Below, piece after piece: positions 1 through 7,581 of a stretch of 36,240 bases of DNA (positions within the stretch are counted from its first letter, which is position 1; each line of letters starts with the position of its first letter). The notes under the pieces are model-generated. The model did no database searches. It worked only from the letters and a program-made list of their open reading frames with translations, and had not been told where the DNA came from. The position numbers were made by a program, and so were the translations under genes. The DNA comes from Candidatus Thorarchaeota archaeon (GTDB lineage: Archaea; Asgardarchaeota; Thorarchaeia; Thorarchaeales; Thorarchaeaceae): NCBI GenBank assembly GCA_016839605.1, contig JAEOTX010000228.1, positions 1-36,240 on the forward strand. The letters are read 5' to 3'.

Positions 1-1088
1 ATGAAGAGGTAGTATGCAAATGCAACGACATTTCCAGCTGAGATAAAGTCCATTCCAATGAGGTCAAGCGTCTTACTGCAATGAACCAAGGAATCAAGTT
101 GATTGTTCAGAATCAGTGTGCCCAATGTTCCAGTCACTTCGAGTTCAGGTCCAGCAAACTCATCTGTCGCATATCTTCCCTCCTTGATCTCGACTTTTCT
201 CCCACACCCTATTGGACATCTAAAGCATGCTGACTTTCCAATGAGGAAGGTCTCTCGAACTGATGTCCCGCTGAGATTGTAGGAGTCGAAGTCAGGGACT
301 GAATAATATCCCGCTGGTAAGGAGCCATACATCATACTCGCCATGTCAACATATCCGGCGGTTCCAAGGTCAGTGTACATCTTGAAGGTAGGGTCATCTT
401 TCTTGTCTTCATTCAGAGCTTTTGCATATTGAATCAGACCTTCGGAGTCTGCCACAGGAATCTTTCTGTCTGTCCCATTGACAACTATGGCTTTGAGGTT
501 CTTAGAACCCATTAATGCTCCCATGCCAGTACGCCCAGCTGCTCGATAATGGTCTACTATCACACTAGCATATTTGACCAAGTTCTCTCCTGCTATCCCA
601 ATTCTCGCAACACCTGGGTTCTTGAATCCTGTCTCTTTCTTCAGTTCGTTCCACACGACCTGGGTGTCTTTGCCCCAGAGATGTCTCGCATCTCTCAACT
701 CAACGCTGTCATTACTTACTAGCAGATACGTGTGGTTCTCAGCTCTTCCAGTGAACAGGATTCCATCATATCCTGCAAACTTCAAATCGGCTCCTAAATG
801 CCCTCCTACAGTGCTGTAACCCCAGAGTCCTGTTTGAGGGGACCTGGCACAGAACGACGTCTTGCTGCCTGTGGGAACCATGGTCCCGGTAAATGGTCCA
901 GTAAGGATGAAGAGCGGATTCTCAGGACCGAGGGGATCTGTCTTTGCATCAATCATGTCATAGAGAATTCTGCATGCATAACCTGCACCACCGATATAGT
1001 CCCTTGCCATATCGGGATTAATGGGCATCTCTGAAATTTCACCTGAGGTCAGCTCGACCTTGAGAATCTTGCCGCGATAGCCTAGCAT
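1..1088 (-). CDS. aor: Tungsten-type aldehyde:ferredoxin oxidoreductase (AOR family), 3' end beyond the window edge
   Basis: Absent from the ORF track because it runs off the window. Manual minus-strand translation from ATG 1088 gives MLGYRGKILKVELTSGEI...DYIGGAG, RSPQTGLWGYSTVGGHLGADLKFAGYDG, GENLVKYA, AAGRTGMGALMGSKNLKAI and KSACFRCPIGCGR, which are AFOR_N/AFOR_C family motifs. Confidence 0.93.
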   Translation of the reverse strand, partial: MLGYRGKILKVELTSGEISEMPINPDMARDYIGGAGYACRILYDMIDAKTDPLGPENPLFILTGPFTGTMVPTGSKTSFCARSPQTGLWGYSTVGGHLGADLKFAGYDGILFTGRAENHTYLLVSNDSVELRDARHLWGKDTQVVWNELKKETGFKNPGVARIGIAGENLVKYASVIVDHYRAAGRTGMGALMGSKNLKAIVVNGTDRKIPVADSEGLIQYAKALNEDKKDDPTFKMYTDLGTAGYVDMASMMYGSLPAGYYSVPDFDSYNLSGTSVRETFLIGKSACFRCPIGCGRKVEIKEGRYATDEFAGPELEVTGTLGTLILNNQLDSLVHCSKTLDLIGMDFISAGNVVAFAYYLF

Positions 1089-1100
1089 GAGGTTCTCCCT

Positions 1101-2279
1101 CTAGAAATCGATTGGCGTTCCATCATACATGTATTCGTAGATTTTGCGAAGTGCACTGCTCTCAAAGTTGCGCGGATTCATCGTTATAGCGGCATCCTGC
1201 ATTGAGAAATCGACTAGTTTATCCAAATTGGCCTTGAAGTCCTTCTTCTTCACCTTGGCAGCTTTGAAACTTGTGGGACTACCAACCTGATCCATCAACT
1301 CGCGTACCATTTCTGCAAATTTCTTGGCCGCCCTCTTCGGGTTCTTCAGAGTAACTCCGATGACACGTGCGAGCTCTGCGTAGTTCTTTACCGCCTCATC
1401 ACTGTCATTTGTGTTGAATTCGATCGTGTATGGCAAAGCCATGCCAACTGCGAGGCCATGCTGTAACCTCAGCACCGCGCCCATGCTGTGGCCAAGTGAG
1501 TGGCCAAGTGCCACTTGCGAATTACTGAATGACATGCCAGCGAGGTTTGCTGCAACTAGCATCTTTCCTCTAGCTTCTAAGTCATCAGGGTTCTCGACTG
1601 CTTTCGGCAACCACTCGAAGACCATCTGCACAGCCTTCAGAGTACATGCATCCGAAAAGTCATTCTTCCATGTCGACACAAAGGCTTCTACTGCGTGAGT
1701 CAAAGCATCCATTCCTGTATATGCTGTGAGGCTTTTTGGTAGGTCTTTTGTAAAGGAAGGTTCAAGAATCGCGAGATCCGGTACCATGTCTGTGTTTATT
1801 GTAGCCATCTTTCGACCGGTTTCGTCGTCTCTAATCACAACTGCCTTCGTTACCTCGGATCCCGTCCCTGCAGTCGTTGGTATACAAATCAGTCTAGCTT
1901 TCTTTCTTAGACCCAGTTCCTCAAAGGGGTTAAGCGCTGCAAGGTCGATGTCGGGTCGCTCATAAAGCACCCACGCTGCTTTGGCAGTGTCCATTACACT
2001 ACCTCCTCCTATGGCAATTATCGTGTCTGCTTCAAAAGCACGCATCGCCTCAGCTGCATCCCTTACATTCGACACTTTGGGGTCTGGCTCTGCGCAGTCC
2101 CAGATAGCAATATTCCATCGATTATCAGAGAGGATTTTGGCTACTCTGTCTGGATAGCCCAGTGAATTTACCATTCCATCTGTGATAATGAATGCGCTTT
2201 TGCCCTGAAATGTTTCAAGGACTTCAATGGAATCCTCACCAAAGGCAATTTTCGGGGGTACAGTAAATTCCCACGACAT
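1101..2279 (-). CDS. Iron-containing (group III) alcohol dehydrogenase
   Basis: Motifs AIGGGSVMDTAK, IPTTAGTGSEVT, TGMDALTHAVEA, GHSLGHSMG and HGLAVG. Start moved from 2330 to ATG 2279 (MSWEFTVPPKIAFG), which matches the usual N-terminus of the family. Confidence 0.93.
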   Translation of the reverse strand: MSWEFTVPPKIAFGEDSIEVLETFQGKSAFIITDGMVNSLGYPDRVAKILSDNRWNIAIWDCAEPDPKVSNVRDAAEAMRAFEADTIIAIGGGSVMDTAKAAWVLYERPDIDLAALNPFEELGLRKKARLICIPTTAGTGSEVTKAVVIRDDETGRKMATINTDMVPDLAILEPSFTKDLPKSLTAYTGMDALTHAVEAFVSTWKNDFSDACTLKAVQMVFEWLPKAVENPDDLEARGKMLVAANLAGMSFSNSQVALGHSLGHSMGAVLRLQHGLAVGMALPYTIEFNTNDSDEAVKNYAELARVIGVTLKNPKRAAKKFAEMVRELMDQVGSPTSFKAAKVKKKDFKANLDKLVDFSMQDAAITMNPRNFESSALRKIYEYMYDGTPIDF

Positions 2280-2365
2280 CTCTCTCAACCTCTGTGCACT
2301 GGATTGGCCTAGCCACCAATCCCAACGCACCCAGACACTAAGAACGCCCTCTTATTTGTGATGCC

Positions 2366-3457
2366 CTATTCTGAGATGACTTCATTGGGTAATGATTGGA
2401 TAGTTTTTACGGCATCGGAGATGATCTCTTCGATGAGGTCTTGAACTGAAGGAAGATCATCGATGCGTCCCACCACCTCTCCACCGAACATCAGTGCAGT
2501 GTCACTTTTTGCATCAATCAAGTCCTCAAAGCCATCACGTTCGAGCTTTAGGATTGCTTCGTTTGAATCTAGAGGCTCTCCAAGATAGAACCGAGGGACG
2601 TCCTCCAATGTCTGTTCTACTATTCTCTCAGCCGTCTGATTTCGGACAAACCTCATCGGGCCGAAAAGACCACGACCGACTAGGGTCTGTCGCTCTTCTC
2701 GATCAATGATTGCCTGTTTCCAGATTGTTTCGAAGTCGCTCTCTTTAGTTGCAATGAATCTTGTTCCCATCTGAATGCCCATTGCCCCTAGACTGAGAGC
2801 AGCAGCCAACGTGTTCCCATCACAAAAGCCACCTGCTGCAACAACAGGTGTCTTCACAGCCTTCGCTACGGCGGGAACAAGGACCATCGAATGCACCGGG
2901 TCCCAAGACACATGCGCCCCTCCTTCATGACCAGAGGCCACAATTATATCCACACCAGCCTTCTCCGCCTTCTTTGCGTGGTATACTGATGGAACAACGT
3001 GCGCCCAAATGAGACCTTGTTCTTTCAATTGTGCCCAGGGAGTTGGATTGCCAGCTGATGTTACAACAACACGCAAGGACCGCTCGATATCTGAATCACT
3101 CTCCCTGGACTCCACAACGCTTCTAGCAAACATCTCTGAAGCGAGAAGGAATTCAGCCGCTACAGGGATGTTAACGCCGAATACTCCGCCTGTTCCTTTA
3201 GTGCCCTTTGCCACTGCTTCAATCGATTTCTGGAGGATAACCGGCGGAGGATCTGTACCAAATAGTCTGACTGCATCAATTGGTGCTGCTTCTGGCAAAA
3301 GGGTAGCAGCCATACCGATACAGCTTATGACTCCCAGAGCGCCAGCATTGGTGACCGCTATGGCGAGGTCTTCTGTCTTGTAAGGACCCATTCCACCCTG
3401 AAGTATTGGGTGGTTGATACCAAGAATGTCACATATCTCTGTGTGTAGGGCAGACAT
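2366..3457 (-). CDS. Nitronate monooxygenase / FabK-like FMN-dependent oxidoreductase
   Basis: Motifs HPILQGGMG, SGHEGGAH, PVVAAGGFCDG, GIQMGTRFIATKES and a C-terminal GEVVGRIDD, typical of the NMO/enoyl-ACP reductase II family. Confidence 0.88.
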   Translation of the reverse strand: MSALHTEICDILGINHPILQGGMGPYKTEDLAIAVTNAGALGVISCIGMAATLLPEAAPIDAVRLFGTDPPPVILQKSIEAVAKGTKGTGGVFGVNIPVAAEFLLASEMFARSVVESRESDSDIERSLRVVVTSAGNPTPWAQLKEQGLIWAHVVPSVYHAKKAEKAGVDIIVASGHEGGAHVSWDPVHSMVLVPAVAKAVKTPVVAAGGFCDGNTLAAALSLGAMGIQMGTRFIATKESDFETIWKQAIIDREERQTLVGRGLFGPMRFVRNQTAERIVEQTLEDVPRFYLGEPLDSNEAILKLERDGFEDLIDAKSDTALMFGGEVVGRIDDLPSVQDLIEEIISDAVKTIQSLPNEVISE

Positions 3458-3506
3458 GTTTCCTCTGAGGGGATGACTCCCGATTTAAGTCTCCCATCTG
3501 CCGAAA

Positions 3507-3929
3507 TTACTCGTCAGGCCATTTCGTAGGAACCAAGGTAGTTGCGTTTACCAGCTCCATAGCCGCTTTCGTGTATCGCATTATCTTACCCATGTCGCCT
3601 TTCCCTAGCTTGAACTTCCTTTGCATCAGCCCCTTGATTGGATCTATCTTCTTGTCAAAGAGGAGCTTCCAATTCTTTAGTGGGCCTTCATAGGTGAACT
3701 CAGCATCGTCATCAGGAGTAGCCATTCTTGCTGCTCTGCACTTGCCGTGCCAGAGGTCGATATATAGCCTCATGGGCTCTTTCACATGTTCTCCATCAGG
3801 TGTTACTACGAAGATGAAGTCTCCTTCCCAATCATGTGCAGCATCTTCATACGCCTTACTTGAGTTGACCACTTCAACATACTTTTCGACCCATTCATCA
3901 GAAGGGAATTCTAATTTGTCATCACCCAT
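3507..3929 (-). CDS. SCP2 sterol/lipid-binding domain protein
   Basis: FPSDEW...WEGDFIF...LYIDLWHGKC...GPLKNWKLL..KIDPIKGLMQRKFKL.KGDM follows the prokaryotic SCP2 pattern. Start uncertain (3929 or 3938). Confidence 0.85.
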   Translation of the reverse strand: MGDDKLEFPSDEWVEKYVEVVNSSKAYEDAAHDWEGDFIFVVTPDGEHVKEPMRLYIDLWHGKCRAARMATPDDDAEFTYEGPLKNWKLLFDKKIDPIKGLMQRKFKLGKGDMGKIMRYTKAAMELVNATTLVPTKWPDE

Positions 3930-3998
3930 ATCCAGCATTCTCCACTGGGAGTATTGAAACCGATGATGTAATGGCACGAGAAAAGCCTTCTGGCCAAC

Positions 3999-4649
3999 TT
4001 AAATCTCGGCGAGGGGTAGTTCCAACGCATCAGCGAGTTGAATCTGATCCTTGAGCCTTCCAATTTCTAACACATGATGAGAATCACTGCCCATTGTAAA
4101 TTTGCATCCCTTATCTTTGGCCATGGTCAAGAAGTTTTCATACCTTATCTCGTATCTGGCGTTTAGCTCAACAGCTATCTCATTTCGTGCCAATGCTTCT
4201 GCTACCATAATCCCATGTTCGTGCCTATAGGATGAGAGGAAGCCATTCCAATGTCCAAGTATTTCGAATCTCTCTCTATCAGCTGCACCTGTAACTGCTG
4301 AAGCCCAATGTCTTGAGTCTGAACCCCAATGAACGGATCCTATAACGATGTCAAACTGATCCAGTCCGCCAGCAACAGGAGCCATCGAACCATCCGAGTT
4401 GATATCAACCTCTGCCCCTTCTAGAATGCGTATTTGGGGGTATTCTTCCCTCATCGTTTCAATAGATTCCCGTCGTTCCTTGATTAGGCCAGCTCCTCCG
4501 CGGGTGGATCCAATCGAGGGCCAGAAGTGATCTATAATCGCAATTGTTTCCAATCGTAGTTTGACGGACTGCTCAACAATGTCACGAATGGAGGCACTGC
4601 TGTCAGAGAAACTTGAATGAATGTGATAGTCATACCGAACCGCGGGCAT
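3999..4649 (-). CDS. PHP-domain phosphoesterase (YcdX-like)
   Basis: PHP metal-ligand motifs DYHIHSSFSD, IAIIDH, GAEVD, GSVH, ILGH, ELN and GSDSHH. Start placed at ATG 4649 (MPAVRYDYH). Confidence 0.88.
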   Translation of the reverse strand: MPAVRYDYHIHSSFSDSSASIRDIVEQSVKLRLETIAIIDHFWPSIGSTRGGAGLIKERRESIETMREEYPQIRILEGAEVDINSDGSMAPVAGGLDQFDIVIGSVHWGSDSRHWASAVTGAADRERFEILGHWNGFLSSYRHEHGIMVAEALARNEIAVELNARYEIRYENFLTMAKDKGCKFTMGSDSHHVLEIGRLKDQIQLADALELPLAEI

Positions 4650-4762
4650 CTTGCAAAGGAGAGAATCTGTTTTAGATATAACTGCACCCGTTTCTTCACA
4701 ACCTCCACACGGGATTTCTATTCTCATGCACTCGAAAACAGCTGCCTGCTCTGACCGATTTA

Positions 4763-4814
4763 TTTATAAATCCAGAACGTACAATATAATCAGAACGTTC
4801 CGGAAAAACAGAAC
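4763..4814 (+). promoter_or_regulatory. Archaeal TATA box with downstream tandem 18-bp palindromic operator-like sites
   Basis: TTTATAAA at 4763-4770. CAGAAC recurs at 4773, 4791 and 4809 (exact 18-bp period). Units 4779-4796 GTACAATATAATCAGAAC and 4797-4814 GTTCCGGAAAAACAGAAC fit GT(T/A)C-N10-GAAC and cover the expected transcription start. Confidence 0.6.
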
Positions 4815-4841
4815 GAACCGGAACATTCGTAGGATATTCGC

Positions 4842-5279
4842 GTGGTACAAAAATTGTCCGATACAAAAACTGAACAAGTGTCTGCGGAAAATGCGATGGA
4901 GTCGCAAGAAGCATTCAAGAAGAACCAAGAGTTGAGGATGGAAACCCCATCTATCAATATCGAAACTCATCCTGATCCTGTATTGCTAGTCAAGACCACT
5001 CATTCAGGATCGTATGCCCGAATCGTAGCTGGAGTTGTAGGTTCAATGGTTCTGTTGAGCCCATTGTTACTGCTCCCAGGTCTTATCCTGCTAGTCCTCC
5101 CTGCTGAGGTATACATACTAGGTTGGACCTATGATTGTGTCATGGAGCTCAGAGGCTCTGGAACTAAGACTCCAACCTATGGTCCAATCGAGGGCACTGT
5201 GCCTTTGGAACTCGCAAAGGAACAGACCTCCTTGTCTACTCTTCGCTATACTAACTCACGCTTTGAGGTGCTGGAGTAG
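4842..5279 (+). CDS. Hypothetical small membrane protein, paralog of 5292-5636
   Basis: Central hydrophobic hairpin IVAGVVGSMVLLSPLLLLPGLILLVLPAEVY aligns with the next ORF. GTG start uncertain. Confidence 0.75.
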   Translation: MVQKLSDTKTEQVSAENAMESQEAFKKNQELRMETPSINIETHPDPVLLVKTTHSGSYARIVAGVVGSMVLLSPLLLLPGLILLVLPAEVYILGWTYDCVMELRGSGTKTPTYGPIEGTVPLELAKEQTSLSTLRYTNSRFEVLE

Positions 5280-5291
5280 GAGGAACTGAGA

Positions 5292-5636
5292 ATGGCACGA
5301 ATAAAAGCTGAATCAACATCGAGCCTCGATACTTCACGTATCGTTCATTCCTCTCCTTTCCAGTCTCTACGAGTCTACTCAACACCCCTCCTTGGAATAG
5401 TGGGGATGATAGTTTTGCTTTATCCCCTCACAATATTTCCAGGTCTAATCATGGCCGTCCTGCCAGCTGAGATCTACCTAGCCGACAAGGTCTATACCGG
5501 ACTCACTTCTCGCACGCCCCTTCTAGAACTGATTGAACTTGGCACGCCACTAGATGATCTTGAGGACGCACGCGCCCGAACGGCTGGCGGACGACCGCCC
5601 AATGCTACTGATGGAATAATCCCATTCGTAAAGTGA
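5292..5636 (+). CDS. Hypothetical small membrane protein, paralog of 4842-5279
   Basis: GGAGG ribosome-binding site just upstream. Hydrophobic segment LLGIVGMIVLLYPLTIFPGLIMAVLPAEIY. Confidence 0.8.
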   Translation: MARIKAESTSSLDTSRIVHSSPFQSLRVYSTPLLGIVGMIVLLYPLTIFPGLIMAVLPAEIYLADKVYTGLTSRTPLLELIELGTPLDDLEDARARTAGGRPPNATDGIIPFVK

Positions 5637-5830
5637 TCAAAATGATCAAGGCTCCTTTCTATCTCCTCAAAGTCGCAAAGTTATTGGAGCCCGTGCTGAC
5701 GGCTCCGGCTTCTTTCCCTACTTCCTCCGCCGCTACTTTTGCTGGAGGCCCGTCAGCACAAATTGATACTCGAAGGATCGGTTTCAACAGAAACCCAGCT
5801 TTTTCATATCTCTCCGAGGTGACGATATGA
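5633..5830 (+). CDS. Putative small ORF (65 aa, or 62 aa from ATG 5642), function unknown
   Basis: GTGA overlap with the upstream stop and ATGA overlap with the next ORF. No recognisable motif. Lies inside a strongly structured region. Confidence 0.3.
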   Translation: MIKMIKAPFYLLKVAKLLEPVLTAPASFPTSSAATFAGGPSAQIDTRRIGFNRNPAFSYLSEVTI

Positions 5831-6022
5831 CCTCCACTAATAAACATCATTTCAATCATAGAAGCTCCGCAATAATGCTTCTACGTTTCCTGCTCGCACA
5901 CACTCGTCAGCCTGATTACTCCGCATATTACCCGATTTCCAAGTCGTCAAGGAGTAATCAAAAAAGGGGGTTCCCATCCTCAATCGGAGTGGTGGTGCCC
6001 CCTTACCACTATCATAAGGTGA
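5650..6022 (+). ncRNA. Candidate structured RNA / cis-regulatory leader with multiple hairpins
   Basis: Inverted repeats: 5650-5655/5686-5691; 5693-5709/5741-5759 (17 bp including a perfect 10 bp); 5780-5785/5790-5795; 5804-5810/5824-5830; 5859-5865/5877-5883; 5913-5922/5951-5960 (perfect 10 bp); 5964-5981/5987-6004. G-U pairs favour the + strand. No known family recognised. Confidence 0.45.
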
Positions 6023-6030
6023 TGCCCTAA
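5827..6030 (+). CDS. Putative small ORF (67 aa), possible leader peptide
   Basis: Archaeal SD GAGGTGA at 5816-5822 before ATG 5827. Its TAA overlaps the ATG of 6030 (TAATG). Confidence 0.35.
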   Translation: MTSTNKHHFNHRSSAIMLLRFLLAHTRQPDYSAYYPISKSSRSNQKRGFPSSIGVVVPPYHYHKVMP

Positions 6031-6947
6031 TGAGAGAGTCCGGATTTCGTGTGTTTTACGATGATATCAAGGTCAGTTTCAAGTTTGCAGTTAAAAACGT
6101 ACTATCCTTCTTCTTAGGGATGCTTGGCGTATTAATCGTGACCGCGATATTTGTCGGATTGATGCTGGGACTCTTTGTAATCACAGTCATTTTCCTTCTT
6201 CCAGGCGGCATTGCAGATTTTATCCAGGTATTTGTAATCATTATCACAGCATTTGCTGAATGGCCTTCGCCAACAAGTCTTGGGATAATTGTCCTTCTGT
6301 TGGTTCCTCTATTGCTGCCTGTCTTCGTTGCGATAGGAGCACTATATGGAATGTCAAGAGAGATCATTGAGAGCGAAGGTACTTCTGCAGAGGGCGTTTT
6401 CACCTGGTATAGTAGACGATTCTTTCCTTTAGCTGGTGGTGGTTTCGTCATATTCTTAGTAGCAATTGTACCACTAGCACTGCTCTTCGGCTATGCGTTT
6501 CAGGCTCTCGGTGGAGATATCGATGGTATGAACGAGGTGCTTCTAATTGCAACATCAATTCTATGGTTCGTAACTACGACTGGTCTACTGAGCATGATGT
6601 TTCCTGGTATCATTGACGGGCTAACTGTTAAACAGGCCGCTGCAAGATCTGTCAAAATGGGAGTCAAGTACCTAGATCGAGTTTTCTCAGTGTGGTTGTT
6701 CTTCCTACTTCTCGTCTTTGCTCTCGTTGCTCCACTGATATGGCCCTATCATTTGTATTGGCTATTTGGAACCTATAACCTTGATTTCTATCCTGTTATA
6801 GTGGTTCTCTTTATCCTCTTCATTGTGGTACCAGCTATGGCTATTGCTCAGAGCAGAGTGTATCTTGTTCTGAGCAGTGAAGAAGACGAAATCCCTGTGA
6901 CCGATGAGGGAGTTGATGAAACAGAAAAATGGGGGGCCAATAATTGA
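6030..6947 (+). CDS. Multi-pass membrane protein of unknown function (about 6 TM), paralog of 16178-17089 and 17163-18095
   Basis: SD AGGTGA at 6017-6022. Shared blocks DIKVSFKFAVKNVLSFFLGMLGVLIVT, GMSREIIESEGTSAEGVFTWY..RFFPLAGGG, MMFPGIID and YLDRVFSVW. Confidence 0.85.
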   Translation: MRESGFRVFYDDIKVSFKFAVKNVLSFFLGMLGVLIVTAIFVGLMLGLFVITVIFLLPGGIADFIQVFVIIITAFAEWPSPTSLGIIVLLLVPLLLPVFVAIGALYGMSREIIESEGTSAEGVFTWYSRRFFPLAGGGFVIFLVAIVPLALLFGYAFQALGGDIDGMNEVLLIATSILWFVTTTGLLSMMFPGIIDGLTVKQAAARSVKMGVKYLDRVFSVWLFFLLLVFALVAPLIWPYHLYWLFGTYNLDFYPVIVVLFILFIVVPAMAIAQSRVYLVLSSEEDEIPVTDEGVDETEKWGANN

Positions 6948-7567
6948 GTCCAAGAAGAGCCGCGCCAATCAAAGACACTGAAGTCCTATCCGACAAGAAG
7001 AAAATCAAACTCCTATTAGATCCACAACGAGCAGAGATAATACGTTTACTCGGTCAAAAACCAATGACTGTAAAACAGATTGCTGATGCGCTCAGGAAAA
7101 AACCTGGAACCATTCTTCATCATCTTGATAGGTTGAAGAAAGCGAAACTCGTTGTACAGGTTCGTACTGAGAAAACAAGGACTGGGATTGTACAGAGATA
7201 TTACCAGGCCACCGCTCGAGAGTACCAGCTTGGAGTCGCGAGAGTGATTTCACCAGAACCTACACCTGAAGAGATTGCAGAGACCCCTGAGGATAGATCG
7301 AGAAATGTAATCATAGGCTTAGCTGAATTTGGCATCATAATTCCGGAATCAAAGATACCGCACGCTCTCGAGTTACTAAAAGCTATGACTGAGTGTGAAG
7401 ACAATATCAGTAGGCGAATCTACAGTTCCGAGAAAAGTTCCATGGCACCTCATATTCAGGCTGAAGTGACTAGGATATTGCGTCGCCTGGCACTCGATCA
7501 GGACAATGAGTGCAGTCGAATACAAGAAGAGTGGCACCGATTCCTGGAGTGGCATAGAACGAAGTAG
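6944..7567 (+). CDS. ArsR/HTH_20-like winged-helix transcriptional regulator with C-terminal helical domain
   Basis: KKIKLLLDPQRAEIIRLL..PMTVKQIADALRKKPGTILHHLDRLKKAKLV..TGIVQRYYQATA. TTG start overlaps the upstream stop. Confidence 0.9.
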   Translation: MSPRRAAPIKDTEVLSDKKKIKLLLDPQRAEIIRLLGQKPMTVKQIADALRKKPGTILHHLDRLKKAKLVVQVRTEKTRTGIVQRYYQATAREYQLGVARVISPEPTPEEIAETPEDRSRNVIIGLAEFGIIIPESKIPHALELLKAMTECEDNISRRIYSSEKSSMAPHIQAEVTRILRRLALDQDNECSRIQEEWHRFLEWHRTK

Positions 7568-7581
7568 TCGGGTGAGGAGCA

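Noticed and set aside
574-1034. Plus-strand ORFs 574-819 and 798-1034 in the ORF track
   Set aside because: Antisense shadows of the AOR gene, which has clear family motifs on the minus strand.
4773-4826. Periodic repeats as a possible mini-CRISPR, or as LexA/heat-shock boxes
   Set aside because: Repeat units are 6-7 bp with an 18-bp period, there are no spacers of CRISPR length and no cas genes. The spacing does not fit GAAC-N4-GTTC, so a local operator array is the simpler reading.
5786-5803. AACAGAAACCCAGCTTT resembles the RNase P RNA 3' conserved region
   Set aside because: No matching GAGGAAAGUCC-type 5' region able to form P4 was found upstream. SRP helix-8 motifs are also absent.
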